Notes: generated by a model from the letters alone, not told the origin. DNA of 46,714 bases from an uncultured Methanosarcinales archaeon (GCA_964434475.1 CAYSVS010000004.1:1-46714), one strand, 5' to 3'; positions 1-9,690 are shown, counted from the first letter of the stretch. A program made the numbers and translations.

Positions 1-77
1 CTTGATTTCTTATGGAAAAGAATATTTAAAGTTTTTGTTTATTTGTTTTTTTTTATTTATTTATTTTCAATATAGAA

Positions 78-101
78 AATAATAATAATAATAATAATAA
101 T
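78..101. repeat. (AAT)8 microsatellite inside a long imperfect inverted repeat
   Basis: Eight tandem AAT units read directly from the sequence. Confidence 0.9.
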
Positions 102-269
102 ATAGAAAAATAAAAATAAAACATACAAAAATTAAAAATTAAAGTTCCATAAGAAATAATAGGGTCAAGCTTATGCTCTTAAATCAATACATCTCGTTTC
201 ACTACTGATTAATACTAAATACTACATAACATTTAAATAGTTCTGTTATTTACCTATTGGTTGTAACAG

Positions 270-1052
270 GTGCAAATAATGATCATTGATAAAAATATAT
301 TAAACAAATTAAAAGATTTTGGATTAAATTCATATGAATCTAAACTTTGGACTGCTTTATTGTCCCGTAGTTCAAGCACAGCAGGAGAATTAAGTGATAT
401 TGCAGGTGTTCCAAGAAGCAGAAGTTACGATGTACTCGAAAGTTTAGAAAGAAAAGGATTTATTCTGATGAAACTCGGCAAACCTATAAAGTATATTGCT
501 ATTCCCCCTTCTCAAGTTCTTGAAAGTATAAAGAAAAAGACAAATAAAGAAGCAGAAGAAAAAATGCAAAGTATAGAAAACCTAAAAACAAGCGATATTA
601 TAAAAGAGTTAAACATATTACATTCACAAGGTATAGAATTAGTAGAACCCGTAGAAATATCAGGTACAATCAAAGGAAGGAACAACATAGATTCCCATAT
701 GGATCATATGTTGAAAAAAGCTAAATCTTCAGTTATTTTTATGTTATCTTCTACAGATATAGAAAGAAAACACTCTTTACTTCTAAAAACTTTATCAGAA
801 GTTAATAAAAAAGGGATAAATATAAGGTTGCTTTCAAAATCAAAAAATAATAATGTTAAAGAGTTATCTAAATATGCAGATATTTTCAATATATCTATTG
901 ACGGAAGATTTTGTATAATAGATAATAAAGAAGTATTATTCATGTTGACTGATAATGATACGCATCCTTCTTATGAGGTAGCAGTGTGGTTAAATACTGG
1001 ATTTTTCGCTTCAACAATATCTTCTATGTTAAACAATAGTTTAAAAAAATAA
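270..1052 (+). CDS. TrmB-family transcriptional regulator (start may be ATG at 279)
   Basis: N-terminal wHTH 'FGLNSYE...AGELSDIAGVPRSRSYDVLESLERKGFI...PIKY'; C-terminal PLD-like effector domain 'RFCIIDNKE'. Confidence 0.9.
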   Translation: MQIMIIDKNILNKLKDFGLNSYESKLWTALLSRSSSTAGELSDIAGVPRSRSYDVLESLERKGFILMKLGKPIKYIAIPPSQVLESIKKKTNKEAEEKMQSIENLKTSDIIKELNILHSQGIELVEPVEISGTIKGRNNIDSHMDHMLKKAKSSVIFMLSSTDIERKHSLLLKTLSEVNKKGINIRLLSKSKNNNVKELSKYADIFNISIDGRFCIIDNKEVLFMLTDNDTHPSYEVAVWLNTGFFASTISSMLNNSLKK

Positions 1053-1089
1053 AAAAATTTATTAAGTAATATAGATAGTTTTTTTCTTT

Positions 1090-1749
1090 ATGGTATTATT
1101 TGGTAAAACAGTTTATTTTCCGGGTATTTTTTCTGATGATAATATAAAAAAAAATTATAGGCATATTTTAGACAACATAAAGGTTAAATATGTAGAATTT
1201 GATGAAAATATAGATATTGTTTCAGACAAAAAAAAGTTTTTAGATACTATCAGAAAAAAAAGAGTTAAAAAAATAATAACCAATTGTCCACATACTTTAA
1301 ACATATTAAATAAATTAAAAATTAAATCTGAACACATATCCTTAACTATAAAAAAAAATATAAGTAATTTTATTTCTGAAGATATTTTAAAAGATAACCT
1401 TAAAGATAATTCTTTACAGATAGAGAATAAGAATATTTTTGTTTCTTATCATGATCCTTGTTTTCTGGGAAGATATAGTGGTATTTATGAAACACCCAGA
1501 ATAATATTAAAATCTTTAGGATACGAAGTAATTGAATTTGACATGAACAAGAAAAACTCATTTTGCTGCGGTGCAAATATGTCAAATAAATATATTTCAG
1601 AAAAGATATGCTCCAAGAGGCTGGCAACCTGCAAAACCAGAATACTGGTTACATCCTGTCCTTTATGTTATAGACATTTTAAGAAAAATGCAAAAGATAT
1701 CTTAACACTCGAATTAAGCGAGGCTATATTAAAAAATGCTAAAAAATAA
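1090..1749 (+). CDS. CCG-domain Fe-S protein (GlcF/GlpC/HdrD-like)
   Basis: Motifs 'ITNCPH', 'YHDPCFLGR', 'CCGA', 'VTSCPLC'. Confidence 0.85.
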   Translation: MVLFGKTVYFPGIFSDDNIKKNYRHILDNIKVKYVEFDENIDIVSDKKKFLDTIRKKRVKKIITNCPHTLNILNKLKIKSEHISLTIKKNISNFISEDILKDNLKDNSLQIENKNIFVSYHDPCFLGRYSGIYETPRIILKSLGYEVIEFDMNKKNSFCCGANMSNKYISEKICSKRLATCKTRILVTSCPLCYRHFKKNAKDILTLELSEAILKNAKK

Positions 1750-2743
1750 AATTATAGATATATTTGGTGAGAAAGGTGTTCTGGATTCAAAAGAAGATCT
1801 CGCTGCTTATTCGTATGATTCTTTTTCAGATAAAGATATGATTTGTCTTTGTACAAATGCTGAACAAATTTTTAAACTGGTCAAGATAGCAAATAGATAC
1901 GATTTAAAGATATACCCTGCGGGTTCAATGACATCTTATTTAGGCAAAAGAAAAGGATTAACTCTCGATATGGCAAGGATGAACCATATATATGATACAG
2001 ACATAAAAAACACCAAGGTGATTGTTCAGTCAAGTTTGTTGATTTCAGACCTTAATAAGTATCTCAAAAGATTTAAGCTAGAATTCCCTATTATTCCATA
2101 TAATAATGAGACTTGCACCCTGGGAAGTATATTTGTAAGAGGATATTCAGAAAAAATTAAAAAATACATAGAAAATATAGAAGTAATAGACGGCAGCGGA
2201 AAACATTTTAAATCTAAAGATATTGCTAAATTCTTTGGGTCTGATGGGAAATTAGCAATAATTACCAAATTCACTCTTTTATTATCTAAAATAAAAGAAC
2301 CAAGATCTTTGGATTTTTTTTACTTTTCTTCAATAGATAAATTATTTAAAGCATTGATGAAAATTACAGACGAAAAAAATTTATCTGATTTTTATATTTT
2401 TGATAACTTTACTACTTATAATCTATTTAATAATTCAAGATATTCTTTACTTATTTTCCGTGATGATGACGAAGGCAGGATAAAAAATACAGATAAAATA
2501 GATATAATTAAAAAAAAAATAATGGGCTCTTGGTTTTACAGGTTTTACAATAAAATAAATTTCATCAATCTGTCTTTGAATAAAATAAAAGACAATCTCG
2601 ATATCTTTAAAAACAACAGATTTTTTTATTCAGGTAAATCAGAGGTTATGCATATTTTTGACGTACAATCAAACAACTGCTCTCGACAAATAAATAGAAT
2701 AAGTAAAGATACTTACGATCCAAATAGCATATTAAAAGATTAA
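1736..2743 (+). CDS. FAD-binding oxidoreductase, GlcD/D-lactate dehydrogenase-like, divergent
   Basis: 'AYSYD', 'LDMARMNHI', 'CTLGS', 'FFGSDGKLAIITK' and a C-terminal 'DPNSIL' typical of FAD_binding_4/FAD-oxidase_C proteins. Confidence 0.75.
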   Translation: MLKNKIIDIFGEKGVLDSKEDLAAYSYDSFSDKDMICLCTNAEQIFKLVKIANRYDLKIYPAGSMTSYLGKRKGLTLDMARMNHIYDTDIKNTKVIVQSSLLISDLNKYLKRFKLEFPIIPYNNETCTLGSIFVRGYSEKIKKYIENIEVIDGSGKHFKSKDIAKFFGSDGKLAIITKFTLLLSKIKEPRSLDFFYFSSIDKLFKALMKITDEKNLSDFYIFDNFTTYNLFNNSRYSLLIFRDDDEGRIKNTDKIDIIKKKIMGSWFYRFYNKINFINLSLNKIKDNLDIFKNNRFFYSGKSEVMHIFDVQSNNCSRQINRISKDTYDPNSILKD

Positions 2744-2744
2744 G

Positions 2745-2987
2745 ATGATAAAAGATTGTAAAAACTGTGGATTATGTAAAAGTGTTTGTCCAGTATATAA
2801 AGTAACTTTGATGGAAAAATATTCTCCTTTAGGAAAGATAAAAATTATAAGAAATAAGATAAACTCTGATGTTTTTAATTTTTGCACCCTGTGCGGAGCT
2901 TGTAAAGAAATATGTCCTTTGGATATAGATATACCTAAGGCTATTCTCAAAGCAAGAAGGTCATCAGCTTCTAATAAAAACATTTAA
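2745..2987 (+). CDS. 4Fe-4S dicluster protein
   Basis: Two CxxCxxCxxxCP motifs. Confidence 0.9.
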   Translation: MIKDCKNCGLCKSVCPVYKVTLMEKYSPLGKIKIIRNKINSDVFNFCTLCGACKEICPLDIDIPKAILKARRSSASNKNI

Positions 2988-3038
2988 ATACTAATTCTCC
3001 AGTTATTATTGTATTAATATTAAAAGAGGTGTATTGTT

Positions 3039-3239
3039 ATGGCATTTGGAATAGCAGAAGTGACTCTTGCGATAATTGTGGGTACATTGTTAGCTATAGT
3101 ATATAGTTTGCGTGTCCTGGTTCTTATGGACAGGAGAATAGAAAGGATAGAAGAACATATTGAAAGAGTTGTGGAGAAAGTTTTGAAGGAAGAGACCAAT
3201 ATTCAAAAAAAGATAAGATCCAAAAGAAGAAAAAAATAA
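3039..3239 (+). CDS. Small single-pass membrane protein with a coiled, basic tail
   Basis: Upstream GAGGTG ribosome-binding site; hydrophobic N-terminal helix. Confidence 0.75.
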   Translation: MAFGIAEVTLAIIVGTLLAIVYSLRVLVLMDRRIERIEEHIERVVEKVLKEETNIQKKIRSKRRKK

Positions 3240-3256
3240 TTTTTTAATTTCTTAAA

Positions 3257-4171
3257 ATGAACTCTAAAACAAAAAAGATAGTTGAAGATATAAAAACCCT
3301 TAAGATTCAGGGTGCTGAAAACGTAGCTAACTCTTCTTTAGAAGCTATAAGTTCTATCCTAAAATATAAAAAAACAAAAGATTATGAAGAATTTATACAT
3401 GATTTGTATGAGGCAAAAAAGATACTTTTCAACACAAGACCGACTGAACCTTGTCTAAGGAACACTTTAAATTTTGTTTTTAAAGGAATACATAAAGCCA
3501 GAGATATACATGATTTAAAAGATATGCTTGAAGCAAAGATAATAACTGCGAACCATCATTTTAATACTGTTAAAAAAAACATACCTAAGTTCGGTGAAAA
3601 GAAGATTTTTAAAAATTCAACAATATTTACACATTGCCATTCTTCTACAGTTACAAGCATATTGAAACGTGCAAAGGATAATAAAAAAAAATTTATAGTG
3701 CATAATACAGAAACAAGACCTAAATTTCAAGGAAGGTTGACTGCGATAGAATTAAATGAACACAATATACCTGTTGTTCATTATGTTGATTCTGCTGCAA
3801 GACTTGCTTTAAAGAAAGCAGATTTGATGCTTATAGGGGCAGATGCAATAACCAGCGAGGGAAAGATAATAAACAAGATAGGCTCTGAATTATTCACAGA
3901 GATAGCTAATAAATATCAGATACCTGTTTATTGCTGCACAGATTCCTGGAAATTTGATCCTTTATCTATATTTGGATATGAAGAAGAGATTGAAGAAAGA
4001 AGCTATAAAGAGGTATGGAAAAATAAACCCAAAGGGGTAAAGATATGTAATTATGCATTTGAAAAGATAAGTCCTGATCTTATAACCGGAATCATAAGCG
4101 AAATAGGTATATACAAGCCAGAGATTTTTATTGAAGAGATAAGAAGGAATTATTCATGGATGTTTGATTGA
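3257..4171 (+). CDS. Ribose-1,5-bisphosphate isomerase (eIF-2B-like family)
   Basis: 'IQGA', 'TRPTEP', 'THCHSSTV', 'TETRP..QG', 'GADAI', 'NKIG'; catalytic Cys and Asp positions present. Confidence 0.85.
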   Translation: MNSKTKKIVEDIKTLKIQGAENVANSSLEAISSILKYKKTKDYEEFIHDLYEAKKILFNTRPTEPCLRNTLNFVFKGIHKARDIHDLKDMLEAKIITANHHFNTVKKNIPKFGEKKIFKNSTIFTHCHSSTVTSILKRAKDNKKKFIVHNTETRPKFQGRLTAIELNEHNIPVVHYVDSAARLALKKADLMLIGADAITSEGKIINKIGSELFTEIANKYQIPVYCCTDSWKFDPLSIFGYEEEIEERSYKEVWKNKPKGVKICNYAFEKISPDLITGIISEIGIYKPEIFIEEIRRNYSWMFD

Positions 4172-4173
4172 AA

Positions 4174-4680
4174 TCATTTAATTTTTAGTTCTTTTTCTAG
4201 TTTTTTTATATCCTTTTCTATACTTTTTATTACTTTAAGATTATCTCTCATTTCCATTATTTCTCCACATTCAGGACATTTAAATTCAAAATTCATTGCT
4301 TGTTCAAAATTAAGTCTCATACACTCATTATTACACAAAAAAAACTGACCAGATTTCTCTCTTTCTAACCTTTCTTTAAGCTTTTCTAATTTTTTTGCCT
4401 TTAATTTTTTAGCTAAAAAAGAAATTTTCTTTCTGTCAAATGTCCAATAATATATATACCATCCTTTCCTTTTGTCCTTTCTTCTTATAAAAGATACAAG
4501 ATTAAAGTCATAAAGCCTATAAAGCATATTTCTGGTTAAGTTAACCTCTGCTTTGATCTGCTCAGCTAATTTGAATTCAGATACATTTTTTTTATTCTTT
4601 AATACTTTAATTAAAGGTATAACGTCTTCTCCTGCTACATCTGCAACGACTTCTTCTATCAATTTATTAGTAATCTTCAT
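4174..4680 (-). CDS. tfe: Transcription factor E (alpha subunit)
   Basis: wHTH 'RNMLYRL...KGWYIYYW' and zinc ribbon 'C...C...FKCPECG'. Confidence 0.9.
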   Translation of the reverse strand: MKITNKLIEEVVADVAGEDVIPLIKVLKNKKNVSEFKLAEQIKAEVNLTRNMLYRLYDFNLVSFIRRKDKRKGWYIYYWTFDRKKISFLAKKLKAKKLEKLKERLEREKSGQFFLCNNECMRLNFEQAMNFEFKCPECGEIMEMRDNLKVIKSIEKDIKKLEKELKIK

Positions 4681-4835
4681 TTAAAAAACCAATATTTAGA
4701 GTATAATTTTTGAGTCATATGGTTTTATAAATCTTTCTGATTAGAAATCAAAAAAATTACTTATTTTTATAATATTTATCTTTTTTTTAAAACAAAAACT
4801 CAAAAAAAACCAAAAAACTAAAAAATTGTTTAGTT

Positions 4836-4957
4836 ATTGAAAATCTCGCTTGTGAGATTTGAATTGGAATTCAAATGCCCTCGCTTTAGTGCGAGATTTT
4901 CAATCCCCAAAATTTGTCTCAATACCAAGTCCGTAATGCCCTTACCTTTAGGCGGGG
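4836..4957. mobile_element. Palindromic element with two IS200/IS605-end-like hairpins (non-autonomous relic)
   Basis: 14-bp perfect inverted repeat 4836-4849/4891-4904; two copies of AATGCCC-n-CTTTAG-n-GCG-G at 4874-4895 and 4935-4957, between two minus-strand genes. Confidence 0.45.
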
Positions 4958-5005
4958 AATAGAAAGAGCAATCAAGAGACAAATTTTTGTTATTTTGTGT
5001 ATATA

Positions 5006-5398
5006 CTATATTTCAACCAATTCTTCGAACAATAATCCTTTAATTCTTATATTATCTGAATTGATAGAATAATTTAATCCTCTTGTCTCCTTTAGATCTT
5101 CAGGATTAAGAAAATACCAATTTTTATTTTCAAATTTAATGGCTAACCAGGGTTCTGCACCAAATATGTTAGCAAATTCCTTTAGCTCTTCTATTTCTTT
5201 TAGATTAAAATGCTTAAACTTATTTTTTGTAATTTTTGATTCTATCACTATTTTTCTTACAGAATTACCTGCCAATATATCTGGACTTGGATATTTTATG
5301 CTTCCTGAACCAGCTACTCTGATACACGCCCAATCCTTTTTCCAGAACATATGGACAAGCTCTCTTTCAGCATTTATTCCTTTTGCTTTTTTTGACAT
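5006..5398 (-). CDS. hjc: Archaeal Holliday junction resolvase
   Basis: 'KGINAEREL', 'RVAGSG', 'PDILAG', 'IESK'. Confidence 0.92.
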   Translation of the reverse strand: MSKKAKGINAERELVHMFWKKDWACIRVAGSGSIKYPSPDILAGNSVRKIVIESKITKNKFKHFNLKEIEELKEFANIFGAEPWLAIKFENKNWYFLNPEDLKETRGLNYSINSDNIRIKGLLFEELVEI

Positions 5399-5518
5399 AG
5401 CTTATTTATGTGAAGATAATTATATAATTGTTTTGAAAAAAAGATTAAATGTTTTAGTCAATGAATATACTTTTTTAGAATATAATTTTTTGTATAGAAT
5501 GTACACTCAAATAATTCT

Positions 5519-5835
5519 ATGCAGGAAAAAGATGAAATAAATAAGATAAGAGATGATTTAAAGGAATCATTATTGGCATCAAGGACATACACTGCAAAAA
5601 TATAAGAAAAGTCCATAGGATTTTAGTAAATCATATCAATTATATGGGAACTCAAAAAGAATATGTTGATGAAGAGTTTATAGCAAAAGTAATCTATGTT
5701 GATTTTAATGCACAGTATAGACACATACGACAAGATTACGATTATTATAATGTTTATGATGAGCCTGCACATATATTTAATCACAAAAGTCCTATATATG
5801 AAATATTAGAAAAAGATACCCCAGTTAAATCTTGA
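5519..5835 (+). pseudogene. Probable frameshifted hypothetical gene (includes ORF 5644-5835)
   Basis: ATG at 5519 (MQEKDEINKIRDDLKESLL...) stops near 5605; a -1 shift near the A-run at ~5596-5600 joins an open frame running into ORF 5644-5835. Confidence 0.3.
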
Positions 5836-6718
5836 CTTTCATGAAATCATAAGCAAGAACAACATTCTGGAATAATTTTTTAGCATCCTCCAGAATCTCA
5901 TTACTATCCTTATACCTTTGGCTGAAATGCGTCAATACTAGTTTTTTAACATTACATTGGTTAGCTATAGATGCTGCTTCTTCTGCTGTTAAGTGTTTAT
6001 ATTTTTCAGCTTTTTCTTTGTGTTTACTAGTGAATGAACTTTCTGAAATCAAAAGATCGCAATCTTGGGCTATTTCCAAACAATTAGAAGTATAAACAGT
6101 ATCTGCAATATAACCTATAATTTTGCCCTCTTTTATTGTTGTTACATCGTCTGCTTTGATAATTTCTTTTTTTATTTTAATATCCTTTCCTTTTTGAAGT
6201 TTGCCTATCAAAGGCCCTTCTGGAATTTTTAGGTGTTTTATTTTTTTCATATTTATCTTTCTTTTATCTTTTTCGATAAACTTGAAACCATAAGTTTCAA
6301 TTCCGTGTTCTAATTCATACGCTTCCAATATGAATTCATCATTTTCAACTATTTTACAGCTCTTGGTTATTTCTACAATTTCATGTTCTATGACATCTGC
6401 TTTTGCGAATACGCTCATGATTTTTTTTAAATTTTCTTTTGTTCCCTTTGGACCATAAATCACCAATTTTCCGCTAAACTGAGAAGCGCCCATTGTTTGC
6501 ATAATACCTGGCAACCCTAACACATGATCTCCATGCCAGTGGCTTATCAATATTTTTGTAATTTTAGCAGGCTTGATTCCTGCAATTCTCATCTGTCTCT
6601 GTATGTTTTCACCACAATCAAACAGTATGTTTTCAGTTCCATAACTGAGCACAAAACCCGGATGATTTCTTTCTTTTGTTGGCTGCATACAACTTGTACC
6701 TAAAAATAATATTTCCAT
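5825..6718 (-). CDS. rnz: Ribonuclease Z
   Basis: 'FLGTS', 'FDCGE', 'HWHGDH', exosite 'GPLIGKL', 'HLTA', 'THFSQRY'. Confidence 0.95.
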   Translation of the reverse strand: MEILFLGTSCMQPTKERNHPGFVLSYGTENILFDCGENIQRQMRIAGIKPAKITKILISHWHGDHVLGLPGIMQTMGASQFSGKLVIYGPKGTKENLKKIMSVFAKADVIEHEIVEITKSCKIVENDEFILEAYELEHGIETYGFKFIEKDKRKINMKKIKHLKIPEGPLIGKLQKGKDIKIKKEIIKADDVTTIKEGKIIGYIADTVYTSNCLEIAQDCDLLISESSFTSKHKEKAEKYKHLTAEEAASIANQCNVKKLVLTHFSQRYKDSNEILEDAKKLFQNVVLAYDFMKVKI

Positions 6719-6859
6719 GATTTATCGCTTATTTCTTGCTATTTATAAATATTTACTTAAAAATTTATTTTCAATATTGAAAATAATGTTACAAACAATA
6801 AAACAAATCAAAAACATTAAACAAAACATTTATTAATCACTCGAAAATATATTTTAAAA

Positions 6860-7381
6860 ATGGTAGTTAAAGCGACATTATTGAAAGAAAGGATAACTAC
6901 GGACGATAGTGATGAAGCTAGATTATTTTATAGCCAAAGTAGGTTTGGAGACATAAAAGAAGGCAGGGTTGAACTTTCTTTTTACGAAGCGTTATATCTT
7001 CTTGAGAAAAAAAAGCTAAAAATATTGGATTACAGAAAAAAAAATATTAAAAAAGAAGAGTTTATAAAGAAAGCACAGAGAAAAAAATCAGATTTCTGGA
7101 CAAAATATTGCGTATATAAAGATATGAGAAACAGAGGATATATCGTTAAGACTGCTTTAAAATTCGGAGCTGATTTTCGCGTATATGACAGAGGTATAAA
7201 ACCAGGAGAAGATCATGCAAAATGGGTGCTTTTTCCAGTACACGAAGGAGATACATTAACATGGCACGAATTTTCTTCAAAGAATAGGGTTGCACATTCT
7301 ACAAAAAAAAGGCTGCTTATAGGCATAGTAGATGATGAAAGCGATGTAACTTACTACGAGATTAAATGGACAAGGCCTTAA
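6860..7381 (+). CDS. endA: tRNA-intron endonuclease (single-unit, alpha4 type by size)
   Basis: 'LSFYEALYL', 'KFGADFRVY', catalytic Tyr/His/Lys ('VYDRG', 'DHAKW', 'STKK'). Confidence 0.93.
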   Translation: MVVKATLLKERITTDDSDEARLFYSQSRFGDIKEGRVELSFYEALYLLEKKKLKILDYRKKNIKKEEFIKKAQRKKSDFWTKYCVYKDMRNRGYIVKTALKFGADFRVYDRGIKPGEDHAKWVLFPVHEGDTLTWHEFSSKNRVAHSTKKRLLIGIVDDESDVTYYEIKWTRP

Positions 7382-7432
7382 TTATACTAAATAACCAAAA
7401 AGCTATTAAACCCCCTTTCTAATTTATTTATT

Positions 7433-8653
7433 ATGAAAGATAAAATATTTGAGTTTGTAAAAAGTAGGGGTCCTGTTCTTTCAAAGGACGTATCTAAACA
7501 TTTCAAAATAGATTCTACTTATTCTGGTGCTTTTTTATCTGAATTGATACAAGACAAGAAACTACTTTATTCTAAACTAAAGATAGGCACTTCGCCTGTA
7601 TATTATACAAAAGAACAGCTTCCTAAACTAGAAGTCCTTTATGAACATTTGAACAGTAAAGATAAAGATGCATTCAATAAGCTTAAAGAAAAAAAATTGC
7701 TAAGAGATTCAGTTTTACAGACTATAACGAGAGTTTCTTTAAGAAATATAAAAGATTTTGCGATACCTTTGAATGTTAATATAGGCGGAAAAAAAGAGAT
7801 ATTCTGGAAATGGTATCTTATATCCCATGAAGAGGCTTCAGGTTTGATCAAAAAATATTTTGCTAAAAAAGAACAGCCAAAACCTGAAGAAAAGCCCGTA
7901 CAACATGAAGAAAAAAACAAAGATGAAGAAATATCTAAAGAAAAGGAGAAATTGGTCCAGATCAAAAATCTCTTGGCTAAAGAAAGAAAAGAACTAGAGA
8001 ACGAGAAGATACATCTTCAAAAAAAACTAATAGAAGATGAGGAAAAATTAAGAGAAAAATATGGCGGAGAGTTAAAAAAGCTTAAACAAGAGCATGAATC
8101 TTTGTTGTCTGAACAGAAAAATAAGATTCAAGAATTGGAAAATCAGTTAGAAACAAATTCAAACAAAGATTCAACAGAAGAAGTAGATGAGCTTAAAAAC
8201 AAGTTATCCTATATGGAAAAGGAAAAAGAAAGACTAGAGAAAGAGATGCGCCATCTTTCGTCAAAACCACAAAAAGATCAAGATTCCAAAAAAGAAGTAC
8301 AGGAAAAGCTTGAGTCAAAAGATATTAATGAAGAAGAAGACGATTTTGTTATCTCTATACTGCCTTTCTTTACAGATAAGAATATAGAAGTTATAGATTA
8401 CAACATAATAAAAAAATCTTCAGAATGCGAATTCACTGTAAGGATACCTTCTGTAATAGGAATGTCTGAATATTATTGCAGAGCAAAGAAAAAGAAGAAA
8501 TGCAACGAAGGAGACTTAAGTACAGCTTTTGTCAAGGGCCAGATAAAGAAACTGCCTGTTCTGTTTATCTCTCCTGGAGAAATAACAAAAAAAGCAAAAG
8601 ATATGCTGGAAAAAGATTTCAAGAACAATTTGATATATAGGAAACTGGAATAA
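7433..8653 (+). CDS. Hypothetical protein: wHTH-like N-terminus, long coiled coil, alpha/beta C-terminal domain
   Basis: 406-aa ORF; K/E heptad-rich centre; ends 2 bp before fen. Confidence 0.8.
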   Translation: MKDKIFEFVKSRGPVLSKDVSKHFKIDSTYSGAFLSELIQDKKLLYSKLKIGTSPVYYTKEQLPKLEVLYEHLNSKDKDAFNKLKEKKLLRDSVLQTITRVSLRNIKDFAIPLNVNIGGKKEIFWKWYLISHEEASGLIKKYFAKKEQPKPEEKPVQHEEKNKDEEISKEKEKLVQIKNLLAKERKELENEKIHLQKKLIEDEEKLREKYGGELKKLKQEHESLLSEQKNKIQELENQLETNSNKDSTEEVDELKNKLSYMEKEKERLEKEMRHLSSKPQKDQDSKKEVQEKLESKDINEEEDDFVISILPFFTDKNIEVIDYNIIKKSSECEFTVRIPSVIGMSEYYCRAKKKKKCNEGDLSTAFVKGQIKKLPVLFISPGEITKKAKDMLEKDFKNNLIYRKLE

Positions 8654-8655
8654 AA

Positions 8656-9690
8656 ATGGGAGTAAAAATTTTCGAACTTTTGCCTAGCAAGACCATAGAA
8701 TTAAAAAACTTATCTGGCAAGATAGTTCTTCTTGATGCTTCTCTTGTATTATATCAATTCTTATCGACCATAAGACAAAGGGATGGCACGCCTCTAAAAG
8801 ACAGCCACGGCAATATAACAAGCCACCTAGTGGGACTTTTTAGCAGGACAACAAGGCTCATGCAGAACAATATAAAGATAGCATATGTATTTGACGGCAA
8901 AGCTCCTGATTTGAAAAAAAAGGAAAGAGAAAGAAGAGCAGGTTTAAAAAAAGAAGCAGAGATAAAATACAAAAAAGCTTTGGCATCCAAGGATATAGAA
9001 TCTATGCAAAAATATGCTTCAAGAACATCAAGACTTAGTTCAGACATGGTAGAAGAAGCAAAAGAGCTTATATCTGCTTTAGGATTGCCTGTGATCCAAG
9101 CACCTTCTGAAGCTGAGGCTCAGGCAGCAGATATGGTAAGAAATAACAAGGCTTTCGCTCTTGGTACACAAGATGCAGACAGTTTTATGTTTGGATGTCC
9201 AAAAGTGATAAAGAATCTTGCTATATCTGGCAGAAGGAAAAAACCAGGCAAACTCTCCTATTCATCAGTAAAACCCGAGATTATAGAATTGACAGAAAGC
9301 TTGAATAAATTAGGCATAGACAGAGAACAGCTTATAGCATTAGGTATGCAGATAGGCACAGATTTTAATATAGGAGGAATCAAAGGCATAGGCCCTAAGA
9401 ATGCACTGAAAAACGTAAAGAAATACGGTAAAGATTTTGATACCATGTTCAAGGAACTCAAGTGGCAGGATAATTTTGATTATCCTTGGACAGAAGTATA
9501 TTATACTATAAAAAATATGCCTGTTTCTGAAGATTATACTCTTAAGTGGAATAATTTAGATGAGTCAGGTATTTTTAAAATATTAGGAGAAAGGCACGAT
9601 TTTTCAGAGCAAAGGATATCCTCTACTTTAGAGAAATTACAAAAGAATAAAAAGAAGAAGCAGCAACATAGTTTAAACAAGTGGTTTTAG
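8656..9690 (+). CDS. fen: Flap endonuclease 1
   Basis: 'MGV', 'YQFLSTIRQRDG', 'VFDG', 'APSEAEAQ', 'GTDFN.GGIKGIGPK', C-terminal PIP box 'QHSLNKWF'. Confidence 0.97.
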   Translation: MGVKIFELLPSKTIELKNLSGKIVLLDASLVLYQFLSTIRQRDGTPLKDSHGNITSHLVGLFSRTTRLMQNNIKIAYVFDGKAPDLKKKERERRAGLKKEAEIKYKKALASKDIESMQKYASRTSRLSSDMVEEAKELISALGLPVIQAPSEAEAQAADMVRNNKAFALGTQDADSFMFGCPKVIKNLAISGRRKKPGKLSYSSVKPEIIELTESLNKLGIDREQLIALGMQIGTDFNIGGIKGIGPKNALKNVKKYGKDFDTMFKELKWQDNFDYPWTEVYYTIKNMPVSEDYTLKWNNLDESGIFKILGERHDFSEQRISSTLEKLQKNKKKKQQHSLNKWF

